From the human T2T-CHM13v2.0 reference genome, Homo sapiens, in the NCBI RefSeq assembly GCF_009914755.1, contig NC_060928.1: 64,000 bases of DNA. One strand, 5' to 3'. Shown here piece after piece: positions 1 to 17,107 of this stretch (position 1 is the first letter of the stretch; each line of letters opens with the position of its first letter). Under the pieces are notes generated by a model. It worked only from the letters and a program-made list of their open reading frames with translations. It searched no databases and was not told where the DNA came from. The position numbers were made by a program, and so were the translations under genes.

Positions 1-25
1 AACCATACACAAAAATAGCACAGCT

Positions 26-398
<373 letters not shown>

Positions 399-1379
399 TC
401 ACCATCTACATGTAACCAAACATAAAATTCTAAAGATTCTTGAGTTTAAAATGTATCTGGAAATTTTCTCCTCCATGTCGTTTCCAATACTTTATTTTAT
501 ACTGTCATCATTGAATACCTTCAAAATAGCTGCAACCGTATTCCTGTTTTGGTTGGGCTATTTCTCTAATTTATCTTTCATATTGTTCCCAGAATTATCT
601 TCCTATAACACAAATCAGATCATGAAACATCTCTGTTAAAAAATCTTCAAGATTCTCCTTGACCTACAAAGTCAAAATGCTTGGAGTGGCATTCAAGGGT
701 GATCATGCTCTAAGCTACCTTTTCAGGTTTATTACCAACTAATCTCCAACATAAAGTTTGAACTCTGACAGCACTGGATTATTTTTCATTTTCTGAGCAT
801 ATCTGTAATATGTTCATATATGTCTATTATATTATGTTCTGAAGAGTTGAGTCATACTCCCCACCCGCACCCCTGTGCTAACCATCCTACAATGCACTTG
901 AGGAAAAATAGGTGGTCATAGTTTGGCTGGCAATTAGATTTTGCTTGCTAAGACATATATGCAAGCTGGCTAGATTTTGAGAAGGGGGAAAGGGAAAGGA
1001 GGACCTCAGTAAGGTGGTTAGAAAGGCTGCTGAGGAGGTTCTGAGCCAGAACCAAAAGAAATAAGGCAGTTATATGAGAAAAACTTCCCAGAAACAGCAG
1101 TTTAATGCTGTTTGCTATATCATTCCTTCCTCTGTTTTCCCATTAAACTTGTAGTGAGTCTATATTTCTAAGCAGTATCTCACAGTTGGGTTTATTTAAG
1201 AGCTAAAAACCTAGTGGCCTGGCCTGAAGGTATACGTGAAGTGATTCCTTTTAACTATGTTTGCCTCAATGTTTACATTGAAACTTTCTTTAAAGGCATT
1301 AATCATATTTATAATAACTGATCTTTGTTTAGGCAATTGATTTGAATTCTATCCAGCTCTATCCTGTTTTTCTCTTGTA

Positions 1380-1946
1380 CATAGTTCCCCCTTATCCACA
1401 GTTGCACTTTCCATGGCTTCAGTTACCTGTGGTCAACTGTGGTCTGAAAATATGAAATGGACAATTCCAGAAACAAACAATTCATTAGTTTTAAATTGCC
1501 ATCATTTTGAGTAGCAGGATGAACTCTCTCATTTTCCTGCTCCAACCTATCTGGGATGTGAATCATGCCTTTGTCCAGTGTACCCACACTGTAGATGTTA
1601 CCCACCTGCCCCTTAGTCAGCTTGTCTCTGTTATCAGATCAACTGTTTTGGTATCGGTATGGAAATGCTTGTGTTTAAGTAAGCCTTATTTTATTTAATA
1701 ATGACCCCAAAGTACAAGAGTAATGCTGCTGGCATTTCAGATATGCCAAAGAGAAGCCAAACATATGCCAAGGAGAAGTTGTTAAGCTCCTACTGTGCCT
1801 AATTTATAAATTAAATTTTATCATAGGTATGTATTTACAGGAAAAAACGTAGTGCAGTATATATAGAGTTCAGTACTATTTGAGGTTTCAGGCATCCACT
1901 GGGGGGGCTTGGAATGTATCTTCTTTGGATAATGGGGGGACTACTG
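1380..1946. mobile_element. MER44-like (Tigger7 family) non-autonomous DNA transposon
   Basis: Terminal inverted repeats CATAGTTCCCCCTTATCC ... GGATAATGGGGGGACTACTG; internal sequence matches recalled MER44 consensus. Confidence 0.8.
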
Positions 1947-2810
1947 CAATTGCTATTTTAGTACTATTTCTGTGGTCTTTTTCTCCCAACCCCTTATAAG
2001 AAGCTGGATAAATGAGGTGGCTCCATTCCACAATGGTATCTCCTATATAATCCTATCAATGTCACCAGCATGGCACATGCTCAGAAGTGCTCCTTGAGCC
2101 TATTCATTCATTCTCTGAATCAGAAGTCTAAAGCTATGAAGATATTTTAGAAAACAGTATATCATTAGACATCTCTCCCACTACCAAACAAATGTTGTTG
2201 AATATGGTCCATTCTCACATTAAGTAACATTAGATTTGAGATACTTTTTAATGAGGCTTATAATATTCTTTAATTCTTTAATAATTATTTAATCTTTAAA
2301 GCTGTCTCTTCCACTGCAGTCAGTTAGAGCATGCAATTGATGTTTAAAAGAAAATCATGCCAGGCACTGTTCTAACAGTGACAGTTAACAAGAAAGACAA
2401 AATCCTTGTTTTCATTGTTGTCTCACTCTAGCACAGAGAAAAAACAAACAAGCAAACAAAATAACAAAATACCAGTAAAGAATAAGGCTATAATACAATA
2501 AAATAGGATGATGTGATAGAATGACGATTTTAGATTTGTTTGTTTGTATACATTATAAAAATGAGGCAACTGAATTCTTCCAAGATACCTGATCTGTGAT
2601 GGGAATGACAAGAAGGAGGCAGTTATAGAAATATCTGAGGAAAGAGCATTCCTTACTGAGAGAATATCTAAGGTAGGAATGTGCTTGGCATGTTCGGGAA
2701 ACAAAGTGTAAGGGGAAAAGATTTAAAATGATGACAAAAATACAAGCATAGGATAGATCACTTGAGGTCTTACTAGCAGGGTAAAAAATTTGGGTTTTCT
2801 TTTAAGTGAG

Positions 2811-3211
2811 TGTATTAGTCTGTTCTTGTGTTGCTATAAAGGAATACCTGAGACTGGATAATTTATAAAGAAAAGAGGTTTAATTGGCTCACAATTCTGC
2901 AGGCTGTACAAGCACAGCTCCTGTATCTGCTCAGTTTCTAGGGAAGCCTCGGCAAGTTTTTAGTTATGGCTGAAGGTGAAGTGGGAGTAAGCTCATCACA
3001 TAGCCAGAGCAGGAACAAGAGAGAAAGAGAGTGGGAAGTGTTGCACACTTTTAAACAACCAGATCTAGTGTGAACTCACTCATCACCAAGAGGACAGTGC
3101 TAAGCCATTCATGAGTGATATTCTCCAATGATCTAAACATCTCCCACCTCCAATGCTAGGGATTACATTTCAACATGAGATTTGTCAAGGACACAAATCC
3201 AAACCACATCA
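2811..3211 (-). mobile_element. MSTA/MSTB MaLR solo LTR
   Basis: TGTATTAGTC...AAACCACATCA termini (TG...CA); near-TSD GTGAG (2806-2810) / GTGAA (3212-3216). Confidence 0.85.
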
Positions 3212-3512
3212 GTGAAGTAGGAGGTTTTCGGAAGGTTTTAAGCTTGGGAGTGATGGACCTGATTTATATTTTATAATGATGGTTCTGACTGTTCTATGGA
3301 GATTAGATTGTAAGTGGGCAAGATAAAAGGAACGAAGACTAACTGGGAGGCTCTTCAAAAAGTTTAGACATGAGAAGATGGTGGCTTGGACCAAGGTGGT
3401 ATAACAGTAGAATTGGATAGATGCAAAATATGTTTTGAAAGAAGGAGAAATTCAACGGATCGAATGTGAGGGCAACAGAGAAAGAAAAAGGAAAATCAAC
3501 AGTGACTTCTAA

Positions 3513-3806
3513 GGCCAGGTGCGGTGGCTCATGCCTGTAATCCCAGCACTTTAGGAGGTCAAGGCAGTCAGATCACTTGAGGTCAGAAATTCAAGACCAG
3601 CCTGGCCAACATGGTGAACCCGTCTCTGCTAAAAATACAAAAATTAGCTGGGTGTGGTGGCACACGCCTGTAATCCCAGCTACTCAGGAGGCTGAGACAG
3701 GAGAATCACTTGAACATAGTAGGCAGAGGTTGCAGTGAGACAAGATGGTGCCACTGCACTCCAGCGTGGGCAGCAAAAGCAAAACTTTGTCTAAAAAGAA
3801 AAAAAT
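3513..3806 (+). mobile_element. Alu (AluS)
   Basis: GGCCAGGTGCGGTGGCTCATGCCTGTAATCCC start, both arms, A-rich tail. Confidence 0.95.
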
Positions 3807-4958
3807 ACCTGACAATGGCTTCTAGGTTTTTGGTTTAAATAAAATGAGATGGTAAGGAATGGGAAAGGAGCAGACTGAGGGTGAGAGGATAATCAAAATG
3901 TCTATTTTGACCACTTAAAAATTGAATTGTTTATGATATGCAAGAGGAAGTATCATTATAGGTAACTGGATATACACATCTGGAGCTCAGTGTCAAGATC
4001 AGAGATGACATATAGTCTTGGGAGTAAATGGAGACATTCAGGGAAAGTGTGTAGAAGAGAGAAGAGAAGAGAAAGAAAGGGAAGGGAGGCCACCAGTATT
4101 TAGAGGACAGCAGAGGAGAAGGAGCCTCTGAATTATGAGAAAAAAACAGAGCATGAACTCTTCTCCACTAAGCTGCAGACTCCTACATCCAATGCCCATT
4201 TTATAATTGCTCCCAAACAACCAAAAAGATCTTCTTTTCCTATGTTACTGCATGTAGAAATTCTAGGATTTGCCTGTAAGACGCTGGTCCAATGTGCTTA
4301 TTTGTTTTAAGAAGACAACCGTTTCCAAGAACTTTCTTCTTTTGAGTGATACTTCTAGTGCTGCAAGCCACCCACCAGTCATTTCTGAACTCGGCATACT
4401 GTTATCTGACTTCAGCAACTGGACGTCATGCTTTTCCCCTGATGGCACAAGTCCTGTTGTGCTTTTTTGTTTGGGGGGATGTCTGTGTTTTATTTTGAGC
4501 ATTTTATGCCTGATTAAATTCCATCTCAGTAACTGAAGAACTTCTTAAAAGAAGCATTTTTGGTGGAAAACCTGGGTGCTTAGCTTATTGTTCACTACTA
4601 GTGTAAAATTTGGTGAATCCTTGAACCATATTTGTCTCACTTCTAAAATGTGTGTTTTGAATGTCATTCTGTATATAAAAAACGAAACAAAGACAAAAAA
4701 CAAAATGTATGCCAGAAGTTCTGGGACAAACATTAAGTAAATGAGTGAACAAATAAATAAATGTATGTAACATACACCCGAAGACTAGGAGTTAGAGCAG
4801 ATCTCTTTATCATCTAGAGGTCTTGTCAAATACTAAGAGCTTTAATTCTCGCTGATTTGGTGGTTAAAAATTTTGTGTGAGAAAAATAAACCACCAGTAT
4901 CAATTTCTTCATTCTTCTCTCTCCTGTCCAGTTCCTTTCCTTCAATGTAAAAGTCATT

Positions 4959-5236
4959 GGCTGGGCACAGTGGCTCACGCCTGTAATCCCAGCACTTTGG
5001 GAGGCCAAGGCAGGTAAATCACGAGGCCAAGAGATCAAGACCATCTTGGCCAACATGGTGAAACCCCATCTCTACTAAAAATACAAAAATTAGCTGGGCA
5101 TGGTGGTGCGCACCTGTAGTCCCAACTACTCAGGAGGCTGAGGCAGGAGAATCGCTTGAACCTGGAGGTGGGGGTTGCAGTGAGCCGAGATCGTGCCACT
5201 GCACTCCATCCTGGCGACAGAGTGAGACTCCGTCTC

Positions 5237-5264
<28 letters not shown>
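4959..5264 (+). mobile_element. Alu (AluSc-like) with A28 tail
   Basis: Full dimer; TSD AAAAGTCATTG at 4949-4959 and 5261-5271. Confidence 0.95.
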
Positions 5265-5267
<3 letters not shown>

Positions 5268-5474
5268 ATTGTTTAAACGATTGTCTGTATGTAGTTGGTA
5301 CTTAATAAATGTACTGCAGTAAGATGTTTTGGCATGAATTCTCTATCATACCAGGTGTCTTGAGAACCTGGAACCTTTAGTCACCCAAGTCACTGTTTTA
5401 CTGAGCTGTTTTACTGTTTTAAATAGGACCATGTTGCTAGAGCAAAATATCCACTCTCCTCATCCTCAAAGAAT

Positions 5475-7238
<1,764 letters not shown>

Positions 7239-7434
7239 TAGAACCACTCCCGTCATGCCTCAAATTTCTGTTTACTTCTGTTATGTTGGGAGGTGGAAGT
7301 CCCTCTGTCATCTACCACAATTTGCTCTTTCATTCCCATACTGCTTTGTAATCTTCTAAACTGAACCATCAGTTCTACCTCAGCCTTTCCAATCTACCCT
7401 CAAAAAATTCTGGATCTAGGATCAATAAACTTCC

Positions 7435-7978
7435 TGTTGTAGCTAATATCCACAGATGTTTCCCATTGGATCACATCTCCTGGTACTGATATCATTGTGA
7501 GTCCCTTCTCTTGAATCTGGATTGGCCTTGTGCTTCAATTTAATCAAAAGAAAAAGGCAGAAGTGCTACTGTGCCAATTCTGGGTCTAAGTCCCAAGGAG
7601 GCCTAGCAGCTTCTACCTTTGCACTTTTGCAAGCCCTGAGCTGCCATGTAAAAAGTCCAGCTATACTGCTGGAAGGTTCATGTGAAGAAAGAGAGACCTT
7701 GAGATGAGAGAGAGAGAGAGAGAGAACTAGCCATCCTACCTGAGCCCAGCTATCCCACCATCTCCACTAAAGCAGGTACCAGTTATGTGAATGAGCCATT
7801 TTGGCTGTTTCAGCCCTATCAAAGCCTCCAGTGATTTCAGCTCCATTTAACATCATGTGAATCAGAAGAATCACCCAGCTGGGCCCAGTCAACCTACAGT
7901 ATCTTGAGGGATAATAAAATTGTTATTTTAAAACACTGAGTTTTCACATGGTCTATTGGGCAGCAATACATAACAAAA
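7435..7978 (+). mobile_element. Old MLT1 (MLT1H/I-like) MaLR LTR containing a (GA)n tract
   Basis: CCTTGAATCTGG-type and GCCCTGAGCTGCCATGT motifs, AATAAA near 7913, GCAGCAATACATAAC end; (GA)~10 at ~7706-7725. Confidence 0.6.
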
Positions 7979-7999
7979 CCCTATCTTACATACTCAATC

Positions 8000-10435
8000 C
8001 TCTGGGAATTTTCCCTTCAAATTTTTGACTTTAAGTAACTTCCCATTTGAGGACAAAATTTTACCCAGTAGTCCTCTCAAGTGACATCTGCTTTTTCCCT
8101 CACACCCCACCTACTACAGGCCCAATACATCACACCCATGTGATGACTCAGCTAGTAACCTTTCTCTCAGTTTCTAGACTTCTTAATTTTTTCCCTACTC
8201 CTCCTTAACCACCTGTTCCCATGGTCACACCCTAAAACTTACAAACTGAAACACCTCTGAAATATAAATTTTAAACATTTTATCCTTTCAGTTCACATGT
8301 GCTATTACTTGCACTGCAACCATTACTTGGCCACATCAGGACCTCAAATAAACAATGAAATATTGTTGAGGAAAATAACACGACCAGGCTGACATACTAA
8401 ACTCTTCATCAATGATTCCAAACCTTAAATGGCCATTCAACACTGCCCAGCAAATACTACTTTATTTCTGCCTTAGGTTTGCAATCATAATTTTGGACAC
8501 AACGACTTCATGCTCTCTTCTCTCCTCAAATCTTCTATCTCCCATGCCCCTTCTCTTACCTTCCATTAATGACCCCTTCTCTTGCTTCATAAATATAATC
8601 GAAGTTATTCAGTGGAGACTTTCCATCTTCTTGACATCAAATCTACCAACCCCCCTGTATATGCATGGTCTTCATTTCTGTTACAAAGGTTCACGTTGGG
8701 TGTCCTTCTCTCAGGATCCTCACCCACTCCTGCCTCTCCAAAAGTTTTGTACCTCTAGTTATTCTGTCTACCCTGTGTCACCAACAGATTATTTCCTTCA
8801 GTATAAAACAACAACAAAAAATATTTTAAGATCTCATATTTCCCCTACTATGCCATTTCTCTGCTCACCTCCACAGCATAACTTCTTTTAAAAAGTGTGT
8901 GTACACACACAATCATTTACTAGTTCTTCAAACCCTAAATCTAACTTCCCTTCCCAGTATTCACAGAAATTATTCTTGCTGACTCACCAACAATTTTCAT
9001 GTTGGCAAATCCAGAGTATAATTCTGTTGCCATCTTATTTCTCTCCCAGTTTTCCTTATTTCAGTACATGACGTGGTCATTCATCCAATCACTTAAACCA
9101 GGACTTTAATATTTAACCTAAACTCCTCCTTTACATTCTCTTCTAAATCCAATTCATCAGCAAGCCCCAGATTTTCTACCTGTAGAAAAGCTTGTTTTTC
9201 TCCTTCTCCACCACAACTGCCCTGGTGCAGCCTCTGCATGTCTCACCCTGATCTCTGCAACAGCCTCCTGGAAGCTCACCTTATTTCCACTTATCTCCAT
9301 AGCTGCCAGAGTGATCTTTCCAAACTGTCGGTCGGTCTATGTAGCTTTATGGGTAAAACGCTTTCAATGCTTTCTTTTAGTATTTAAAATGAAATTCTGA
9401 TTCCAAATCATGGCCTAAAAGACCCATCTGATAGGAGTGTAAGGATAATATTTACCCCCACTCCACACATTTCATAGAGAGGAGAGAACTTTCTATCAAC
9501 AGGAAGAAGACCATGGAAACATTCCTGGTCCCTCTCATTAACTGCCTCATCTACTCTCATCCCTTAGTACTCCTTTCTCTCCCTGAGGGGAAGAGAGAAT
9601 CCTCTCATTGGTGAGAGGGGAAGAGAAATTGAGCATGTGTGTCTTATTGGGTTCTTTCCTTGAAAATGGCTTAATTCTCTGCCAGTGACTTACTAGCCTG
9701 CCCCTGGAAGGAAAGCCTGCAGTTCCGCTCTGCCTGGGACAATAGAGAGGTAAATGTATTCAGGGTGATGACAGTGGGAGGAGTATTTGGAAGCCCATTT
9801 GGCTGCAATTCTCCAATCAGCAGACTCAGTAATAAAGCTGCCATTTTGATCTTCATCTAGTAACTCTTGAGTCTCATCTCCCATCTTGGTTCCAAATTCT
9901 GGAGTAACACAGAGGACTTTTATTTACTGGCACCCACTAAAGTGCCAACTTTCACATAATTTGACTTTTCTCTGCCACCGCAACTTCATTTTTTGCCATT
10001 CTCCCCTGTTTACTAGGCTTCAATTACTCCGGCCTTCTTTAATTTCCTAAAACATAGCCACAATTTTCTTGTTGTGCTTTGCGCTTGCAGCTCCCTCTAC
10101 CTAAAATGTTTCTCCTCTGGCTTTTTCATGATTGGCTCTTTCTTATCTTTGGGTCTTACATTAATTATCATGCTCAAAGGGTGGCCTTCACACACAAAAT
10201 GTTACATAAAGGTGTTTCTCCACTGCCATTTTTGTCAATCACGGCTCCTTATCTGCTTTCCTCACAGTATTTATCATATCTTTATTTGTAGTTTGTTTGT
10301 TTATTTGCTTATTGATTGTCCTCCTCACTCAAATGTACTCAATGAGGGAACAGGTCTTTCTTGTTCACTATTGTATCTTCAGGACTTAAATCACAGTAGG
10401 TAGTAATAAGTAGTTGTTGAATAAATGAATGATTA
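8000..10435 (+). mobile_element. Fragmented L2 LINE (3' portion)
   Basis: Pyrimidine-rich L2-type motifs and the typical 3' end GTTGTTGAATAAATGAATG near 10413-10431. Confidence 0.6.
9438..9910 (+). mobile_element. Possible ancient LTR inserted in the L2
   Basis: Compositionally distinct block with TG...CA-like ends and AATAAA (~9831) about 75 nt from the end; family not recognised. Confidence 0.3.
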
Positions 10436-10682
10436 CATGGAACTAGCAATTTAGAATTAATACCTGGTTTTCTGACTTGATAATTACAAAGTATTTATTT
10501 CAATTCATTTCCATGTGAATTTTTCATGTTTCAGTAATTGTTTTGTTCCCACATAAGCAGAAATTGTTTCTCTTTTTGCCATAAAAACCAAGTTCCAAAA
10601 GTGCAAATGCCGTAGAGAGATGTTACTTCAAGAATGCAGGGGTCAAGTTAATGATGTTTATTGAAAATTACATCATGGAACC

Positions 10683-11004
<322 letters not shown>

Positions 11005-11264
11005 TTAAGTTTCAGGAGGGAAAAAAGGACATAAAAAGGAAATTTATGGTACATCTGAAAAGACAAAAATGTATGTCAATGAAATGATTAAATCATACAT
11101 ATAAAATAAAAAGTAAGAAAAGTCTATTTTCCAGCATGATTAGAGAAAGTTAATACATTTATTAAATAAATTTACATATACATATCACATATGTATCATC
11201 TATACATATAGGTTCTTACTAATTTTAAAAAATTGGAATAAAATAAACTTGACATTAACTACTG

Positions 11265-11755
11265 AGACAGGCAAAAGAATGCCCTGCCCCACTCTCCTAA
11301 GATGTCCACATGCATGTCCTAATCCCCAGACCCTGTGAATATGGCACCTTATGTGGCAAAAGGGGTTTTGGAGATGTGATTAAATTAAGAAGCGTGGGAT
11401 TATCCTGGATTATCCGGGCAGACTGGATATAATCACAAGGGTTTTCATTAGGGAAAGAAAGAGGCAGGAGGATGAAAGATGTGATTACAGCAGCAAAGGT
11501 TGAGTGATGTGACTGCTGGCTGGCAGGGGCCACAAACCAAGGAATGAGGGCAGCATCCAGAAGCTTGAAAGGGCAAGGAAACAGACTGTCCCCTAAAGCC
11601 TCCAGAAAGAAATACAGCCCTGCCCACACCTTGATTTTAGCCCAGTGAGATCCATTTTGGACTTCTGACCTCCAGAATTGTAAGACAATAAATTTGTATG
11701 GTTTGAAGCCACTAAATCTGGGGTAATTGATATGGCAGCCATAAGAAACTAACAC
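11265..11755 (+). mobile_element. MLT1D-like MaLR LTR
   Basis: GTCCTAATCCCCAGACCCTGTGAATATG, TGACCTCCAGAATTGTAAGACAATAAATTTG, GCAGCCATAAGAAACTAACACA end. Confidence 0.8.
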
Positions 11756-12176
11756 AACTACATTAAGCAAACTTTATTCAGCCTTTAATATTTTAGAATC
11801 TTGCAGCCCCTCAAGATCGGCATGTGAGAATCAATTATTAGTGAACTGTAGGTAAGTAGACATGCTGGTTATTGAGGCTTTCCTATTCAGAAGGCTGAAT
11901 AAGCCAGCTTTTATTATAGAACTTTTGTAAATACCAAGAATTGCTTAATCAGGACTGGTTGAGATTAAATTAGAAAATGTCTCCTAAAGGAAATGAGTCT
12001 TCAGGTGAACTTTCAAGGAGATAAAAGAGGATCCTTGAAAAGGAGATGGCAGAGACTTCAAGAGGATCTAGAAAAACCCTAAGAGAAGGGAGGATGAGTA
12101 ATTACTGGCAACTCGAGCTACATAGAAGTATATGAAGGAAGCAAGATAATCTCATCAGAAACATCGTTTTGAATTA

Positions 12177-12401
12177 CAGCTGACCCTTGAACAATTCAGG
12201 AGTTAGGAGCACTGTCCCCCAAATCCCCATCAAAAGTCTCTATATAACTTTAATTTGACTGCCTTAAAACCTAGCTACTAATAGCTTACTTGTTGACATT
12301 ACTGATAACATAAGCAGTCAATTATCTCAGGTATATGTGGACCCATCCAGGTATATGTGGACCCATGACATTCAACCTTGTGTTGTTCAAGGATCAATTG
12401 T
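12177..12401. mobile_element. MER8-like Tigger MITE
   Basis: TA-CAGCTGACCCTTGAACAA ... TTGTTCAAGGATCAATTG-TA: TIRs with TA target duplication. Confidence 0.8.
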
Positions 12402-12669
12402 ACTTTATTTTTGCCTAAAAGACCACTCATAAAACACATATACCTATTTCACAAGACTTTGGAAGAGATGGTTATAAGCCTATTGGCATAGATTACTTGA
12501 CTAGCTTCCTATCACTCTGGAAAGGAAAGCACTTCTAGACAGAAACTGAACCAGACAGGTAACCATGCCAGTGTGGAGAAGTAGGTAAGTTATAGACTTC
12601 TCTTTCTCATGGAATGTCACAGTGGAGGTGAGCTTAGGGTTAAGGAACAAATTCACCCAAGGCAGGGTG

Positions 12670-12810
12670 ATGAAATGGAAAGACCATGGACTTTGAAATC
12701 AAACAGACCTTGTTCAAATTCCAATTCTACATTGTATTGGTCAGGTGACATTAGACAAACGAATTAAAATATTTTGATTCTCCATGTCCTTATCTGTAAC
12801 ATAACTAACT
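12670..12810 (+). mobile_element. MIR fragment
   Basis: GGACTTTGAAATCAAACAGACCTTGTTCAAATTCC core-SINE-like motif. Confidence 0.55.
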
Positions 12811-14679
12811 TATGTGGTTAGTATTATATGAAATACTAATAATTATATGGAATACAAATAATTCCAAGAGCATCAAGGACAAATTTTAGTTACTTCCCAG
12901 TTTTCCCTCAGGCTAGTCCCAGAGAGAAAGAATGGAATGCTTTAAGATGTGGAGGATGTCTTCAGTGAGTCTGTGAGCATGTGTACATGTAGGTAGGTAG
13001 GGTGGAGGGTGGAGAGTGGAGATCATTTTAGGTGGTAGAACTAAATCCCTCTACTAGAACCAAACTCTATGAGAAATATATTTCTTACATTTGAAAGACA
13101 ATTCATGGCTTCTCCCCTTGACATGCAGATACTATAATTCACGATTTTTACAAACAGGAAATATGGGAGCCAGAGACAAAGTCAACTGCTCAGAGAGACA
13201 AAATTAACTATCAGAGGTAGTTAGTGGTGGAATGAGACTCAGCATTCTCATTTCTTGGACTCCCTTTCTATGGTAATATTGTCAGCTATCAGGTTTCTTG
13301 ATGTTCTCAAGCCACCTCTTATTTTACTTTGGCACAACTTTCTCATTATTATGAAAAGTAGAAGACATAATGATGTGAGAAAACTCAGTCAGGCTTCTTT
13401 AAAATGAGAGTTCATTCTTCTCTGAGTGGATCTCACTCTTAAGAACCATTTAAAAACTGAGGTGGGCAGAATGGCAAAGCCAATTGAAATTATTATAAAA
13501 TAGGCTAAATATTATTTCAAGAATAACTGAACCTATGTCTTAAAAGTATCTTTGTTAAACATCCATTCATAAAATGATATGATATTAATGCAGAGATTCT
13601 TCTTATATCTGTAAATTTAAGAGAAGTAGGAACAAATATTAATAAATCATATTTTAAAGGCATGAACATTTTTATTGAAATAAAGGTATTTTATAACATT
13701 GTATTATTTTTTAATGTGTGGAGGTCACACAAAATATAAGGCATTTTCCCTCAACACATTTATCTGCATATTTTTTTTTGCTGTGAGGATCTGAGCCAAA
13801 GAGGCTTAGATTTTACTTCTGCTTTTTTTACTTATTAGTTATAGATCCTAAGTTAAATTATTTAACCTCTGAGCATTTTTCATTATTTGTAAAGCTGACA
13901 TAATAATACCTCATACATAGCACTATTATATTATTTAATAGTAATATATGAGAATTTCTGACACATAAATAATTCCACACAACCTCTAATCAATCATCAA
14001 GCCAATACCACTTCCTTGATATTTCTCAAGATTGTCCATTATTGTCTAACCCCACTGCTTTTATTTTAGTTCAGCTCATACCTGGAATATTATGAGAGTC
14101 TCTTAATAGTCTCTCAGTCTCTGGTCTACACTCCATTCTTAGCCATTTTCTACTTTGCGACTACTAAAATATAAATTTAACAATGTCGCTTTTAAACTTA
14201 AAATCCTCTAATGGCTCCCTGATTCCCTTAGGATACTGTCCAATATCCTAAGTCAGATGTCAAGGCCCTACAAGATTTGATCCCTCTAACTTCTCCATTC
14301 TTGTCGCATGACCTTCTCTCTTTCCCTACATCTTTGCATGCTTCATGCTAGCCAGAAAACACTGCTTGCAGGTTTCTTAAAGATTCAGACTCTTGCCTCC
14401 AGGTCTGTGTACATTTAGCCCTCTGCATAGTTGACTCTATTCATTCTTCAGGTCTCTGCTCAGATAGCATCTTCTCCAGGAGGTTTTCTATGATAGAGTT
14501 AAATGTTATACCCATATTCTTCCACACTACCCCATTGTGGTAGTTGTAGCACTATATTTTAACTATTTACATGTCTGTCTCTATCACTATACTCTTTCAG
14601 GACCAAAAATTCACCCTGTATACCTAATTCCCAGACAGAATGATGCATCTCTTAATGTTACTTAAATTACAATAATTAC

Positions 14680-15005
14680 GGCTGGGCACGGTGGCTCACA
14701 CCTGTAATCCCAACACTTTGGGAGGCTGAGGCGGGCAGATCACAAGGTCAGTAGTTCGAGACCAGCCTGGCCAATATGGTGAAACTCCATCTCTACTAAA
14801 AATACAAAAATTAGCTGGGTGTGGTGGCGGGCGCCTGTAGCCCCAGCTACTCAGGAGGCTGAGGCAGAAGAATCCGTTGAACCCAGGAGGTGGAGGTTGC
14901 AGTGAGCCAAGATTGCCATTGCACTCCAGCCTGGGCAACAGAATGAAACTCCGTCTCAAAAAAAAAAAAAAAAAAAAGAAAAAAGAAAAAAAGAAAAAGA
15001 AAAAA
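14680..15005 (+). mobile_element. Alu (AluSg-like) with long A-rich tail
   Basis: Full dimer; TSD AAATTACAATAATTAC at 14664-14679 and 15003-15018. Confidence 0.95.
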
Positions 15006-15253
15006 TTACAATAATTACTAAAATTATAATATTAAATAACAATAAAAATTACTTTCTTTGATGCACTATTTCTCCTCCTTCTATACTGTTTTCGCCATGC
15101 TATTCCATTTCTCAAGAAACTTTCAATGGTTTATTTCCTAACTTAACAAGTTTAAATTCCTCTGGCTGGCTTTTTCAGCCCCTCACAATCTGTTCTTCAT
15201 ACTAAATTTTTAATCTTATTTCTCAAGATGCCACAATAAGTATCCCTGCATCG

Positions 15254-16107
<854 letters not shown>

Positions 16108-17032
16108 CTTATAGCTGTTCTTTTATAGCATCTAGCACAGTGCTGAGCTCAGAAGAAATGTTCAATAACTACATGACTGATTTTAAAGTGGTATATCCCA
16201 TCTAAAAACTGTATGTAATCTAGGTCTGTTGTTGCTTGAAACATGTAGACATTAGTTTGAGGTGACAGCCTATGAAAATAATTTAGATTTTACAACATTT
16301 AGAAAATGGCTAAAATATTAAATAAATGGAGAGCGGGGGAGAAAGAGGTTACATTGAGGTTAAGACATTTCAGTTGTTCAACCTGGACTAACTTGATCTC
16401 ACCAATGAAGTCTCTGAAAAATAAACAGTTTAGGCAGAAGGCTGTTCACTGCCAAATCATTTTCTATCACCGCAAAGTTCAATTAACTACTCCAGTGAAA
16501 TTCCCTTAAATGATATTCAGAACATCATGGTGAACAGGAGGCAATCAGTTCCCTATTATACTTTTAAAGAACATTCTCTCCTCTCTTTCCACTTCTTGTT
16601 GTGTTGCCCCTCCCAATAGATTTCCTCTAAAGAATTTAAATCACCTTCTAACCTCTTTAAGCTTACATGCATCAATGAGGTAAGTTATAAGTCTTGCCAA
16701 AATGTACTGCTTCTGATCTTTTCTAAAAGACATTTTCCTTGATACTCCCCCATAACAGCTATTTAGTAATCATAAACCAATTTTCAACAGAAATTGTTAT
16801 TCAAATAAATCCGTGATACTTTATAAATATGACATTTCCTAGATTGAAGTTGAAAACCTTTGCACTGGGCCAGAACTTCCTTTGTTTTGTAGCAGGCCTG
16901 ATAAAATCCTGACCATTGCCTAACATACAGTATGGGTATTAGTAGATCGATTTTGGAAGAGTCTCTTGACATCAGGGATGTCAAGAGATGTAGATATAAG
17001 GTGTTGCTATCTTGTACTGGCTGCTCTCAGAA

Positions 17033-17107
17033 TCCTGACCTCAAGTGATCCTCCCTCCTCGGCCTCCCTAAGTGCTGGAATTATAGGTGTGAGCCACCAT
17101 ACCTAGC
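17033..17107 (-). mobile_element. Alu left-arm fragment
   Basis: TCCTGACCTCAAGTGATCC...GAGCCACCATACCTAGC. Confidence 0.85.

Larger units (their letters stand above)
2350..4130 (-). mobile_element. L2 LINE remnant interrupted by an MST LTR and an Alu
   Basis: Diverged L2-type motifs (TGCCAGGCACTGTTCTA, GGTGGCTTGGACCAAGGTGG, CTGGAGCTCAG); boundaries approximate. Confidence 0.6.

Noticed and set aside
4263-4536. Overlapping 79-aa (-) and 88-aa (+) ORFs in apparently non-repetitive sequence; possible processed pseudogene
   Set aside because: No protein family recognised, and no poly-A/TSD or convincing splice signals; a BLAST search would be needed.
8412-8891. 159-aa ORF
   Set aside because: Lies in decayed L2 sequence, pyrimidine-biased, no recognisable domain.
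11297-11770. 157-aa ORF on - strand
   Set aside because: Antisense reading of an MLT1D LTR.
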